A DNA stretch of 64,000 nt from Selaginella moellendorffii. Lineage: Eukaryota; Plantae; Lycopodiophyta. The notes beneath the pieces were generated by a model that saw only the letters and a list, made by a program, of their open reading frames with translations, did not search any database and was not told the origin of the DNA. Each line of letters begins with the position of its first letter. Positions within the stretch are counted from its first letter, which is position 1. Both the position numbers and the translations under genes were made by a program. The stretch lies in NCBI RefSeq assembly GCF_000143415.4, contig NW_003314334.1:1-64000 (forward strand), given 5' to 3'. Below, in pieces: positions 13,438 to 27,114 of the stretch.

Positions 13438-14926
13438 TGTGAGACACAAATCTCAAAGCTCCAAAAGTGGAGTTGAAAGGGTGGCACATGGTAGTGGCCG
13501 AAGCAAAAGCCAAACAAGAGTAACACATTTAGACTAAAAGCTCCGACTTGAAAAGTCAAGAGTGGGAGTGGAACTCTCAACGAAGTGCTCAAAGAACAAG
13601 CATGAAACGAGCAATAAGTGAGTCTCTAGAAAAGGGACACAAGAGGACCAACACATAACACGTGGAAGTGTCAAGATAAACCCCCCGAGATAGAGTCCGA
13701 GATGGGCTTGAGATGAAGTCTAAGATGGAGTCTAAGATAAACATGAGATGGAGTCCAAGATGGAATCTGAATGGACTTGAGATAGAGCTCGAGATGGAGT
13801 CTGAGATGGACCCGAGATGGACTTGAGATGGAGTCCAAGATGGAGTCTGAGATGGACCCGAGATGGACCCAAGATGGAATCTAAGATGGATTCGAGATGC
13901 AGTCTGAGACTGAGAACAAGGACTAATACTAAGTCCAATTACTAATATAGGCTATTGGGTAAAAGCCCAAAGCAATCATCCCCCAAGGAGGGGGGGGGGG
14001 GGGGGGGGGGGTTCCAAAAGTATATTAGGGAGAGTGTGGGTGCAGGGCTTGGACTCTAGTGGAACTAGTTTTTTTGGCAAGGAAAGATTAGTGTGGCCCA
14101 GGAAGGCTATACCCATGTGTTGAGTTATGATATAACCACTAGGAAGGCTAAGGCTAGAGTGAATACAGATAGACAAGTGGGGTAGTCGATGCCCCCAGTC
14201 CAAGTGTGGGTGGCACTACCTACTTGGATACATAGCATGGGTTATCGAAACCTTGCTCTAGCGACTTGGCTAAGGCACCTAAAGGCAGATGGTGGGAAGA
14301 GTACCCATGAGGTTCACTTAGGGCCACAGTGTTTCAAAATGTCATCCCAGAGTCCCCAAACTATGGAAAGGAAGAGGAGTAGTCCATTTATGTGGTGACC
14401 AAGGATGCGGTCATGCAGCAAGGAAGTTCTAGAGGTCATTGGGACATAGTGGTTAGGCTTGTGGGCCTTGACCGAGTGGTAGTGTTGGCAAACATAGCCG
14501 TGGACGGAAAAGGATTTGGTGGGATTGAAAAAGGGATATTAGGGAAGGCTATTCCTCATGTCTACAGGCATCCTAAAGATGCTAAGGAGTGGATTTGGGA
14601 TGATCATTCATGGATGGATGGCCCAATCTTTAAGAGATAGGTTATGATGTAAGTGGTGTTGGACCACCAGTGTGACAAAAGTGAATGGGCATGGCCTTAG
14701 TGTAACAGGTTAATATATCAGTGGTACCTTTGGGTGTTGGTTATAGGATTAGACATGTGAAGCACTTGGACCAAGTGCAAAGGTTCAGTGGCATAGATGC
14801 CATTTTCGGAGTTAGCAAATCCCCAATTCCGGAATAGGACTTATGGAGGTTGAGAGTGAGACTCTTCTATGTGGTCAAAGTTGTAGTTAAATGACTAAAG
14901 TAGAATAGAAGAATTAGTTGCTTACA
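13438..14926 (+). mobile_element. Solo LTR, family A (1489 bp)
   Basis: TGTGAGAC...GCTTACA termini; flanks GATAG/GACAG (5-bp TSD, one transition); contains a GAGATG/GAGTCC array and a G-run. Confidence 0.85.
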
Positions 14927-15589
14927 GACAGAAGTTCACCTCTCATGTACAAGAATTCCTTTAGTTCCAACTGTTATGATCAAGACTGCCAACCACCGCT
15001 TCAAAAATTGGTCCAAAAGGAATATACCTCCTTGTCTGAGAAGTTATGTTTGGAAGCTCATCTTAATTTTCATCACTGGAGAGAATAACAACTTCATGCT
15101 TCACTCCTCATACAATTGGTTATGAAATTGATGTGCTCTCCTCTCCTCGCTTTAGAGATCTTATAACTAAAATTTTTTAACTTGTATATATATCAACATC
15201 CCATTGAATCCCATTCTCTCCCCCACTATTATCAAGAAGAATGGATTTGTGTACTTGATTATCCTTGTCATGACATACATTCCCCAAACTAATTAATCCT
15301 GACTTTAGTTTGAATCTTTTGAAGAGGAACCACTCTTAGAGAAAACAATTGGAGGCTTTTGATCAAACATCAAGTAGAATTCTCTCATATTTTCTTCTTG
15401 CTTGAGCACTTATATAAAATTTAGGGAGAAGCTGACAAAAAAGAATAAATATATTCTTCTGTATTATGAGCTTTAATTAGCTATGTCCTTACAAAGGACA
15501 AGCAAATGATTTTAATAAAATATACAACCATTTAAAATCTAGAGATATATGAAAATCTTAAAGAGCCACCTATATTAATTATGTAATTG

Positions 15590-16850
15590 ATTATGAGAGA
15601 AATAATAATGCTGAAATGAATGGGGTACCCCTAACAACAAGAAAATAACCAAGAAAGCTTGCCTCTAAGCAAAAAAAAGGTGGGGAAATGTTGGTTTGCA
15701 TGCAAATCAATCTTTCCCACCTCTTCAACAAGGAAAAAAAAAGAAACAATGGGGCAGAGATGGGCAAAAACATGAATGGAAAACTAAATAAAATGCTAGG
15801 AGATGTTAGTTTGCATGAGAACCAACATTTTCATCCCTCTCATTGTTCAAGAAAAAACAAAAATCAAGAAAAAGAACACTATTGAAAGAAAGAAGGTGAG
15901 GAGATATCAATTCATATATGAATTGAACTCTCCTAGCCAAATCTCTCTTTCCACAAAAGAAAGATAATTACAAGCCATGAGTTGTGAGCTGTGAGTTGCT
16001 GACAAGTTCGGAGCAATAGATGAGGAGATAAAGAAGTAGCAGATGGGGAGATTGAAAATAAGCTTAAGCCATACCTTGATTGAGGAGCATCTTTCTAGCA
16101 TCTTGAAGAGTGTTTAGTGTCTTGAAGCACATTGCAAGATTGAAGTGCCTTTCTCTTGCCCTTCCCCTGCTCAAACCCTTAAAACCCTAAAAATCAATAG
16201 TCATGATTAATAGTCACAATTAATAGTCATGATTTTTATTTTCTTTGATGGCGATTGCTTCTTAAGTTCCAATGGCTTTAATTTTGTAAATAGTGGGATA
16301 TATTTATTGGAAAAATCCTCTATGAATAAAGATTTGACATGTTCTTTACAAGGACACAATGCTTTAGATATTGAAATATGTGTAATTGATTGTGAGAGGA
16401 ATAATACTATTGAGATGAATGGGGTTATAAACTGACCTCTCTAAGGCTAACTCTCACTGCTCACAAAAGATTAACACTCTCTTGAAAGGAAGAAAGTATG
16501 GAGATGAGAGGGAGAATAAACTATCAGTGTTATAACTCTTGTGATTGATCAACACCTCTCTCTCAGAGATCTTTATATTTTAGAAAGTAGGGAAATAAAA
16601 ATGTTGGTTCTTGTGCAAATTGACATCTTCAAGGATGTTGTGATGTTTTTTTCTTGATTTTAAGGACTTGACAACATATTACTTGTGAAAACAAGAGGGT
16701 GGAAGATGTCAATTTTTGCATGAAACAACTTCTCCCATATTTTTGTTATATTTTTTTTTCTTGAGGCCTTCTTGGTCTCAAGACTTTTTGTTTTTTAATT
16801 TTAGAGAGGTAGGATGAGGTCCATTATCATACAAACCAACCTGTTTTAAT
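15590..16850. repeat. Cluster of ~30-45 bp motifs (ATGTTGGTTTGCATGCAAAT..) in both orientations; possible subterminal repeats of a decayed DNA transposon
   Basis: Copies near 15686, 15800 and 16601, inverted copies near 16700-16737 and 16830, plus a ~50-bp direct repeat at ~15580 and ~16380. Confidence 0.45.
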
Positions 16851-17619
16851 TCTTTGCATTTTCTATAGCTAATAATCTATTTTTCACTACTTTTACTTAC
16901 AAATTTTCTTGTGAGAGAAAATATAAATCAAGCTTGACTAGCTTAAACTTCCAAAAGGGGACTTGAACTTATAATGCCACAAGTTTGTTTTACTATACAA
17001 GTTATATGTTATAATATTTTATTTTTTAGTTTAGAGGAAGCATTAGGGCAAGCCTCAATAATTCTGGTCTGTAGGATAAGGCAGCTGTGTTGATCACTAT
17101 GGCCTTGGCTAATTGAGTGGAGATTCATCCCAAGTATCTAATAAAGTTGTCGCTTGTCATGATGAAGGAAACAATGAAGAGTATAACAATGATGTGGATG
17201 CTAAAATAAATGCTCAAACTGGTCTTAATGTTATTGTTATTGAGGTTGTTAGTACTAATACTTATAAGGCTATGACTGTTAGTGGTGGGGTACTTGCACT
17301 TGATGGTGTTGGTGGTGGGGGAGTTATGCCTTTGGCTACTAAGGCTACTTTTGGCAAGGTAGATAAACCTACTATAGAGGCTATTAGTAGCATGGTAGTT
17401 ACATTTGCTATAGAGGTTGCTAGTGGAGGCTGCTAGTAGTATGGTAGCTACTTATATTGCTCATGAGGCTAGTGGTATGGGGGGAACTAATGGTGGTGAG
17501 GGATTATGCATACATGATTATAACACCATCTTAAATAATTGTGTTTAGGACACGATCATCCAAGCTCAAGAATGGATGGTTATAAAGTGTTACAAGAAAT
17601 GGCATGGAATGGCTTTTAA

Positions 17620-20451
17620 CATTTTTTGGTTCCTTTATGCCAGTTGGTTGAAAGCTATTGGGTGCACTCAGATTACAACCTCAATATGGCTATCTATAGC
17701 TCTTTTGAAGAGGTCAGATTTAGGACCACAACTAGTACCAAGATTCACCGGAATTAGCTAGATAGAACCAATGACTATTGAACTTGAGAAAAAATGGGAT
17801 CCTATATAGCTGTGAAAGTCTCATGAGTTTGATGGATTCTTAAGACAACATCTACAAGATTTATTGAAATTTTTTTCTAGATGATCGATGGAAACCATAG
17901 GTGACTGGCATTTTGGAAATGCATTCAAAAGAAGTTCTAAGATGATAAAAAGTGATACATTAGTGTTCCAATCACACTTATCAAATTGATGACTTAGGAG
18001 CACGCTGTGAAACTCAATATAGCATGCTATAAGATCAACATGTAAGAATTTATTTTTGGTAAGTTAGCCCATATCGTGTTTTTGTAGGCTAAACCAATTT
18101 GTATTTCAAGCTCATACATTGGTACATGACATTGAGCACCTTTGGTTTATCGGCATGCTTTCGCTAAAGGAGGTCAAAACATTGTATAATTGTAAGGTCT
18201 TTGAAGCAATTCGAGTGAAGTTAACAGCTAGAAAAGGCCAAGAATTGCATACTTGGTACTATCTACCACTTGATTTTCTAGTTGCTGTCTAGGTGAAGCT
18301 AAATTATTGTTGAAGTATGCATCAACTTATATATTGTTTCTTACAGCCCATAATCAAGGATGAAAGTGCCTCATTTTTTAAAAATGCCTAAGGGGAAAAG
18401 TAGTAGAAGGAGATGGAGTGGCATACAATTGAATAGAAAATTCTACATATGAAGAGAACAAAGGTAAAAAAGTTGCTTTCAATTGCAGATATATGACATG
18501 GGCAGAAATGGTTGATAGCATTGCCAAGATTTGCTTTTACGTATGTAAGTTCTTCTAAAATTTGTGAAACATTTCATAACTCTTTATGTATGTAGAAACT
18601 AGTAAAGTACCAAAGGAGCTCATTTACAACATCTCTAAGTGTAAAAGGTCCTTTGCCAAAAAAATCATTTGTTTAGAAGTTCTCAACACTTGGCTACAAA
18701 ACAATGAAAAATGCTGAGACAAGGATGGAGAAGTGATGAAATAGAAGGCATAGATTTCTCAAAGTATTACCACTGGTGAAGAGATGCTGCAAGTTTGGGA
18801 TGAGAAGTTTCTTTCTTGCATTCGCATAGGTATCACTTTTCAAGAATATATTTGTGCTTATCTTGCGAAGCTAGGGAATGATTAGCTTCCTTGTGGTGGG
18901 ACAAACTCAGTCGAGTTCAAAAACTAGCTAGAACAACCATTTCTTATAAGGCACATGGTTTACAGATATTTTTTCAAGTCTCATTTATATATTGGTATTT
19001 ATATTTTTCTTTTACTTTGTAGATATTTAAAATTTGCCCTAGAGGTGTTTTGTACTAGCTCCTGATTAGAGGCAAGAAGTTTGGATGTATAAGCCAAAGT
19101 TCTATTGTCTTGTATATATAAGAAGGAGCTGTGCCCATGGTACCTTAAATTTTTGGAGCAAATGCTGACATCGGATTTTGAGTTGGATCTCTACCTCAAA
19201 TGTCATCCAGGTTCACTTGAATCTTAACACTTAGCTAGGAAATATTAACCTTGAGTTATATTCTTATTTTCCGAAGGCTCTTTCCACTATGATGATAACA
19301 TTGTTGAAGTTCAACAACAAAACTTAGGAATCCACACTCAAGAAACCATTTTAGAGATGCCAAATCCAAATACTGCTGAACCAGATGAAATTGTAAAGGA
19401 GATTCCAACACAAGAGAAACCAGTGCTTGCTCCTTGCAACCCTTGAAGGAGCCATCATGAAGCCTTTCATACAAGTAAAGACTTTGATTTGGAACTTTTT
19501 TATTATCATTCTTGACTTTGCTTTTTTTTCATAAATGTTACAAAGAGCAACTAGTAGTCTTCTCGGTAGACCAAGACATTTTTCATCCCTCCCTACAGCT
19601 ACAGACAATGACTTGAGAGAGCTCTCCTTTGCAGCTATGCACAAACATGTTAGTAAGCATGAATTTTATCTCTAACTTCTAGTTCTTATATTTTCTTTTT
19701 CAGGGTTGCAGATCTTTGTAAAAATACTTGCAGGAAACAATTTCAAGTCCTTGTCTTTGCATTCAAACCTCCTGCCCCAGTAGTTTGTAGCTCTACATGC
19801 TTGATTGGTGGATCCATGGCCTAAGTCAGCTCACACCTTACAGGAAGATTAACTTCATCTTCTTCGATCTTCCTGATGCACCACCATATAGGGATACTCC
19901 CTCATGGAATATGTTCCCCAACACATTTATGAAGCCTTACAAGTTGCAAGAAACTTTATGATATACAAGGGTGTGGTTGTCATGATCCTTCTCACTCTCT
20001 AATGTGGGAAGGCCTTCTCACACACTTGGCTGACAACAATGATGGATTTGTGGGGTTTTCATCCAACTGCCTTCTTTAGAGTATGTTGACGGATACAAAA
20101 GGCACTAGTGATCAAAAGTGGAAGGTGCATAATTTCTTTACTTACCTGTAAGGCCACACAAGCTAATGAGCATATTGCTCTTACTTTACCAGGATATGAC
20201 AGCTCTATAGACATCATTTCAAATATGATTGACTAAGAGGTTCTCCACCCAACATTCCCTGGCTATTGACACCATTCGGTTATTCATAAATCTTGTTAGA
20301 GTTATTCTGTCCTCCAAACAAGATTGTGCTTGATGCTATGGGGGGATTCAGGTCAATGGTGTAGGTAGCAAAAGAGATAGGCTGAGCTGTTTTTGCACTT
20401 GAGAAGGAGAGTGCCTTTGAGGATATTCTTGGGAGATTTTGCAACAAGTGA
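17620..20451 (+). pseudogene. Decayed ParB/Srx-like domain + beta-class N4/N6 DNA methyltransferase fusion gene
   Basis: Manual translation gives 'FLVPLCQLVES' (~17623), 'MIDGNHR*LAFW' (17881), 'KINFIFFDLPDAPPY..PSWN' (19845-19910), 'HIYEALQVARNFMIYKGVVVMI' and 'LLELFCPPNKIVLDAMGGFRSMV*VAKEIG*AVFALEKE' (20293-20409). Many stops and frameshifts. Confidence 0.7.
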
Positions 20452-22009
20452 TGTTAGTATTTGAAGTAATCTATAATATTTATTCTCAAATGTTTCTATA
20501 TCATTAGGTCTACACTTATCACACGAGGTGTTTCAGTCCACATGTGTGATCTTAATGATATAGATGATCATATGGACCAAAGTGTTGCAAATGTGACTAT
20601 AAGTATCAAAAGCTATTAATTAGCAAGCCCTTTTGGATATTCTTTCCTCACTACCATGACGGCAGGAGGTTGGTATTGCTAGACCCTTTATCAGTGCTAG
20701 TGGAGTTAACTAGGCATTTTAAGCATATTTAAACTAAACGAGCATAACAATAGAATTCCTACAAGCTATTAACTCAGTATATTAAGCGTTCCCGTCTTGT
20801 TGTGTTTTGCACTAGCTAGTGATAAAAACTCCTATATATTGAGACTAATTCCTTAATATCACCAAATAATAGCTTATTATCTTTACCAAACACTCGCTAT
20901 GATGCCTCTTTTGTTAATCTTGTTCTTGTCCCATTAGCTATTTATGGAAAATATCTAAATCTACTAGTTAGGTATATTTATGGAATGTAGAGATTGTTTT
21001 GAACACAACAGTATTATCTTTACTTCCAAATTCACTATCAAGCACTATTCCATATTTAGTAAATTTTCATGATTATCTCAGAGACTAACTCCTAGGATTG
21101 AAAGCCCAAAGAGTGTGTTCCTTAAGTGAGGGTCTGTAGGGGGTTCTAAATATATAGTCAGAATAGTGCATAGGTTAGGCATGGTTGACCAACTTGAAGC
21201 ACAGTTTAACTCTTGTTTATATACTTATTATTGTTTTGCATCTAACTTGGGTCTAAGCCTAAGCTCCATACCATACTAGCTGGTGGAGTATCCATATCTT
21301 CTCACTAAGCTACTAGTATGCATAATAGTGCTAAATTTCATTTGGCTTTGTTTTGCATGTTAGTCCTAGCATTGGGATGCTAAAAGCTCTAGGACTATTT
21401 TAAGTCATTCTGTGTTCCTATCCCTTTACTCTTTGGGTTATATGCTCATGAGTCATTCCGTGCTCCACTTCCTTGGCTCCTTGGCTCAAGGCTTTAAAAC
21501 TTAGCCTCTACTCTAGTATGCGGCATATGGCATGTGGAGGATTAAGGTTTTGCTACATGGTTATCCTATAGTAAAACACTATGGGCTAAAGGGTGAAAAT
21601 TATGTATGCTATACAAAGTCAGTTCCATTTACCTATTTATGTTGAACACAGGGCATAACATTATATGCAACATGAGCCTATGGTGAAGGAGCATTCCACT
21701 ATACCCATTTCTACTTTTCTGGACATGAAAATAAAAAAAGACTAAATATGTTCTGATTTTAATATTAATTATATTTTTTAATAGATTATTTTCTTTCTTT
21801 GTAGACTAGAAGATTTGTTATTTTCAAAATAATAATCTATGTAAGCTTATGGAATATCTTAAACACATAAATTTTAAGCTAAAAAAATCTTAGTTCAAGA
21901 TGAACCAAGGTAGTGCCATTTAACTTTAGCTAGTTAGGGGACTGTATTGACTTCCTTTGACTTTTTTTTACTTTTATTGACTTGAGCTCAACTCAAAAAT
22001 GACCAAGCC

Positions 22010-22280
22010 TTATTCAAAGGGCATGACTTTAAATTGAAAATATCCCCAATGCATATGAAAAGCTATCTTGAATCTGTCCTCATCAGCGACTGCTATTTGA
22101 TAATAGCCAAAGTAAAGATCCAACTTAGAAAAGTAACAAGCAGGGCCTAATTCATCCAAAAGATCCTCCACCCTAGGAATTGGATACTTATCTTTCATAG
22201 TATATTTGTTGAGCTGCTTATAGTCCATGCAGAGCCTCTAGGATCCATCCTTTTTTAGCACAAGGAGGACTAGGGCTGCA
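22010..22280 (-). mobile_element. Ty3/gypsy reverse transcriptase fragment
   Basis: 'MDYKQLNKYTMKDKYPIPRVEDLLDELG.ACYFSKLDL..GYYQI...FKVMPF'. Confidence 0.85.
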
Positions 22281-24921
22281 AACAAACAGAAACATGATGA
22301 GGCTATATTGTCAAGGAGGTAAACATGGCATGGTGAATTGAAGAAAGTATCTAACACCTGCAAAATAGAAAAGAGGCAAGGCACAAAAGAAAAAACCGTG
22401 TTACCAACAATGACAAATATCTGTATATGCCCATACTGGGTTACATAAAAATACCACTGCTACGACAGAGGTCATCCACAAAAAGGAGCTGCAAAAGAAA
22501 TTTGGCCTGGAAAGACTGGTGTTCCTCAAGAGGATGCATGATAGTAATTGTATAATCCATGGAAAGAGCACATTCTAAACATTTAGTTTCTCCTTAAGGA
22601 TGACATCTGAGAGAAACAGTAAACAAGACCACTACAGCTCTTCATTGAATTTTAAATTCCTGCTAAATTTTGGACAACTTCCTTCTTTATTTGCAGCTTA
22701 AGCAACAAAATCTAAGCTCATGGACCAAGTATACATCATAATGCTTTGCAAACACTATTACATCTGCAAGAGATATTGGATCATTTATTAATGAAGAAAT
22801 GAAGTTTCCAACAAAGGTTTTCAAAGAAATCATCAGCACACAAAGATTACTCTAATTTTGGTGTAACAAACTAGGTGCTAGAGAAACCATGTACCACATA
22901 AATGGAGAAGAGAGGAGCTTACACCACTACAGTAGAACTTTGTAGAACTTAGAACTTAGAATGGAGAGTGTTTTCCAGAGAGATCTCAGGGCTTGCCAGT
23001 GGCAACAAGGTGGCCTTGAGCTTGGGCGTGAGCATTCCATGGCCTGCTAGTGGCAACACAGATAGTGATCTTGAATCTAAGAGTATCCTTGAGGATTTAA
23101 ATCTTCAGAGTGTTCTCTTGAGAGGATTGAGAGAGTTCAAGGGAAAATTCTAGAGCACGAGATTGGCTCATGGCCTGCTGGTAGCAATGCAGTGGCCATG
23201 AGCAGATTTGATCAATAGAAGAGTGTTCTTTTACTCTTTCCTGGAAGTGTGTGACAGTGATGCAATTGGAGGCCATTTGCTTACGTCTTGGAGCCCCCAT
23301 CCAACCAGATCTCGGACTTGGTCTTGGACTTGATCTCGGAATTGATCTTGGACTCCATCTTCTATTTCTTGGCTTGTTACCACACATTGCCATTTACAGT
23401 TGTGTTGTGTGCTAGAGCCAGTCTTCATTTGAGGAAATTGTTCTAGCTCATCAGCAATCCTATTGCTACATGAGACCAAGCAGAACCTTATAAGTTGGAG
23501 AGCATTGTCACCACTTTTCACCTGGCTTCTCTTCTCGGTGTCAAGTGTCCTTGTCTCGCTACCATTCAAGAGTGGCTTGAGGCTGGCTAGCGGAAACGTA
23601 AGCTCTCCTCTCCCCTCTAAGTGCACACCATCATCCTCTCATGTGTGGGATTCCTCCTATGCAGCACAACAAGGAATTAGGGCTTCTAGCTAGACTGGTT
23701 GATCTTTCTAGCTATAGAGTGAATTTGGTAGCCTTGGATTTGTTTGGCCTCCTTTGCTGTAGCTGCTTCCACATTTCTTAGAGCAACTTACCCAGGTAGG
23801 CCACATGGCAGATTCAAGATGTAGATATGTGAGGGAGTAGGGGTGAGTTTCACTGTTCAACATGCCTTGGTATCAAATGGAAGAGTTCACATCCAGCACA
23901 TATTGAATGTAGGGTTTAGGATTTAGAAGATCTTGCTATTCTCTTATCTAGAGAGTAATGAGCTGGTTTGGGAAGATTTTCAAAACTGGTATCTGTAAAA
24001 ATGGTAGGTGAAAGATCAGCCCCTAGAGCACCAGAGTACTGCTCTTAGAAAAGGCACATGATCAATGATGAAGCAATAGGATTCCACCTGTTGTTTAAAA
24101 AAGATTCATTAGAAGGAGATCTAGTAGTATTTCCAACAGCAAGAACCAATGCAATGCCATCAATAGTGAGCTTGCAGGTAGCATAGTCAGATTCAAGCTT
24201 GGCTAGAGTGGCTGGAGTCCCTCCAGATCTGCACAAAAGGCTAGAAGGGCAGCAAGCAGCCACACAAGGTTGTAAAAGTCCTACATGCAAGGAATTGGGC
24301 ACTTGCAGCACACCAACACATCATGTTTTATGGTGACTTTATGTCCTTCTACAAGGTCAAAGGGCCCCCAAGGACAAGGGATTCCATCTTCCTCAAGAAG
24401 ATTATAGTGGGCATTTTCCTTAAGAGGCAAATGTGATATATGTCGAACATGGAGTGATTGGGGACTCATTCATAAGATGCATGAAAATCAAGGGTATGAT
24501 AGATGTGCAACATTCAAATTGGAATTGATAGTTGCTGTACTTACAATTCAATTTAATTTCAAGAAGTCACTCAGTCACTAAGGCAGATGACTTCAAGCAT
24601 AATGAGATTAAGATTCCTAAAGTGAGCAAGATGATGGAATAGATAACAAGAAAGTTGGGGAGATGCTACAGCTGAGAAGCTACAAGAAGAGGTCAAGGGG
24701 GTGACCTCAAACTTCACTCGAAGGATTAAGGATGAGTTTACCAAGATGGATTACTAGATGGTGACCCTGGATCAAATTGGGATAGGTAAAGAATGCTCAA
24801 AGTGGGAATGTAGGTTTAAGGTGGGGCATTTGCAGCAGCAACTTTAGGAGGGATGTCTATGGCCTTTCTAACATGCTATAGATGTCTCAAATGACCACAA
24901 AGGGTGGGTCAAGGGGCAGAG

Positions 24922-25332
24922 TGTTAGGTGCCAGCTTTAACTAGGTGGTGAATGTAGGTCAAAGGGAAGCTCAAGGGTATATTAAGGCTTAGCAATGTCC
25001 TTGAGAGCCTTTGGAACTATGAAAGACTTATGTTAGATAAAACCATTAACCTAAGGGCTCATAGTGGAGTGATGATGCAGTGGAGCTTTTGAGGTAGCTC
25101 GGGGGTGGTTGGGTGGTGAGGAACCTGAAGAGGAGGTGTAATATAGTCTAGGGAGAGTAGATATTTATCTTTTAGCACCAAATTATAACATTAGTATTAG
25201 AGGAGTTTGTCGTGATGGCTAACCAAAATGAACACTAAAATCCTATTGTCATTGGTGGTGCTGATGATGGTGCCAACAGAGCTGTGGAGCAAGAGATGCA
25301 AAATGAGATGCATGGCATGATGGATAGCATGT
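24922..25332 (+). mobile_element. Degenerate copy of element-C LTR (24922-25190) with decayed PBS and gag start
   Basis: Reverse complement of 43279-43510 (TGTTAGGTGCCAGC...TATAACA), followed by ttagtattagagg and a gag N-terminus. Confidence 0.75.
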
Positions 25333-26290
25333 TGTGAGACATAAATCCCTAAGCCCTAAACTTGGAGCCAAAAGTGTGCCACATGGCAGTGGTCGAAGCA
25401 AAAGTCTAACAAGCATAATACATTTGGACCAAAAGTTTCAACTCAGAAAGGCAAGAGTAGGAATGGAACTCCAAATGAAATGCTCAAGGACTGAGCTGTA
25501 AGTAACTAATTTTTCCATTCTACTTTAGTCACTTAACCACACTTCCGACCACTTGGAGGAGTCTCACTCACAACCTCCATAAGTCCTATTTCAAACTTGG
25601 GCTTGCTAGCCCCGAGAATGGCATCCCCGCCACTCAACCTTTGCACTTGGTCCAAGTGCTCCACGTGACCGATCCCATGACCGACACTCCAAGGTACCAC
25701 CAACATATCAGCCCGTTATGCTAAGGCCATGCCCATTCACCTTGGTCACACTGGTGGTCTGACACCACCTCCATCACAGTCCCGTCTCTCAAAAACTGGG
25801 CCATCCGTTCATGAGTGATCATCCCAGATCCACTCCTTAGCATCCTTAGGATGCCGACAGATATAGGGAATAGCCTTCCCCCAATGTCCCTTTTCTGGTC
25901 CCCACCAAGTCCCTTTACTGTCCATGGCCATGTTCGCCAACACTGCCACTAGATCAAGGCCCACAGGCCCGACCACTAAGTCCCATGGTCCTCTGGGACT
26001 TCCTCACCATATGACTATATCCTTAGTCACTACACTAGAGGACTGCTCCTCCTCCTTTCCCCCATTTGGGACTCCGGGACAACATTTCGGAACACGGTGG
26101 GCCTACGCGAGCCCCGTGGGTACTCTCCCCACCTTCCGCCTTTAGGTGCTCTAGCCATGGGCTTAGAGTGAGGTTTCATTGAGCCACGCTTGGTATCCAA
26201 GTAGGTAGTGCCACCCACACTTGGACTGGGAGCATCGGCCAGTCGATCTCCCGGGGGAACTAGAGCCGGCTCTTGAACACTTCACCAAGC

Positions 26291-26904
26291 TGTAAGCTCC
26301 TGAGTTTGGATTTCCCAGGAGGTCACCCAGCCCAGTACTATTCAAACCCAAGGATGCTTAACCCCAAACATCCCAAGACCCTTAACCAATTGGAAAAGGG
26401 GGTGCACTCTTGTTCATGGGCCATTTCCCTCTATATTTGAACCCCATGGATTGTCTCTCAAGTCGTTCCCTTTGGTTGCTTACAATCCACCACACTTCCC
26501 TGCAAGTTCACGCCCTCATGAACGGAAGCTGAGAGCCGCAGCTCTCTCAAGAGCCCCGCTGCTCTCTCAAGAGCCCCGCTCTCTTGACACCCTACCCCTC
26601 GGGTCGAGCCCAGTGGGAGCAAACTGGACCAGCCAGATGTCAATCAACATGTGGTGTGATTCCTCTAGCCAACCAACAGAGTCGGACCCGAGACCGCTCT
26701 GATACCAAATGTAATGCTCCTGAATTTGGACTTCCCGGGAGGTCACCCAGCCCAGTACTATTCAAACCCAAGGACACTTAACCCCAAATATCCCAAGACC
26801 CTTAACCAATTGGAAAAGGGGGTGCACTCTTGTTCATGGGGCATTTCCCTCTATATTTGAACCCCATGGATCGTCTCTCAAGTCGTTCCCTTTGGTTGCT
26901 TACA
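26291..26904 (-). mobile_element. Cassandra-type TRIM (614 bp) with 5S rRNA-derived segments in both LTRs
   Basis: LTRs 26291-26484 and 26710-26904; PBS reverse complement cgctctgatacca (26695-26707); PPT at 26485-26501; TSD CAAGC. The reverse complement of 26728-26782 (GTTAAGTGTCCTTGGG..TAGTACTGGGCTGGGTGACCTCCCGGGAAGTCC) matches the 5S internal control region. Confidence 0.92.
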
Positions 26905-27114
26905 CAAGCTACCCCGCTTGTTAGTCCGTATTTACTCTAGTCTTGGACTTCCCAGTGGTCAGTTCATCACCCAACACTGGGTCTGGCCTTCTTAGGCCAA
27001 ACTGGCCTTTCTTGGCCAAACTGGCTTCACTGCAGTCCTCCCCCTTACTATACTTTTGGAGCTCACCAAACCCCCCAGGGTTTGGGAGACGAACGCTTTG
27101 GGCTTTCACCCTCT

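Noticed and set aside
22900-24900. Possible decayed LINE ORF1 on the - strand
   Set aside because: Only vague Cys-rich fragments; not supportable.
26308-26782. 5S rRNA genes
   Set aside because: Only ~55 bp of diverged 5S sequence inside TRIM LTRs.
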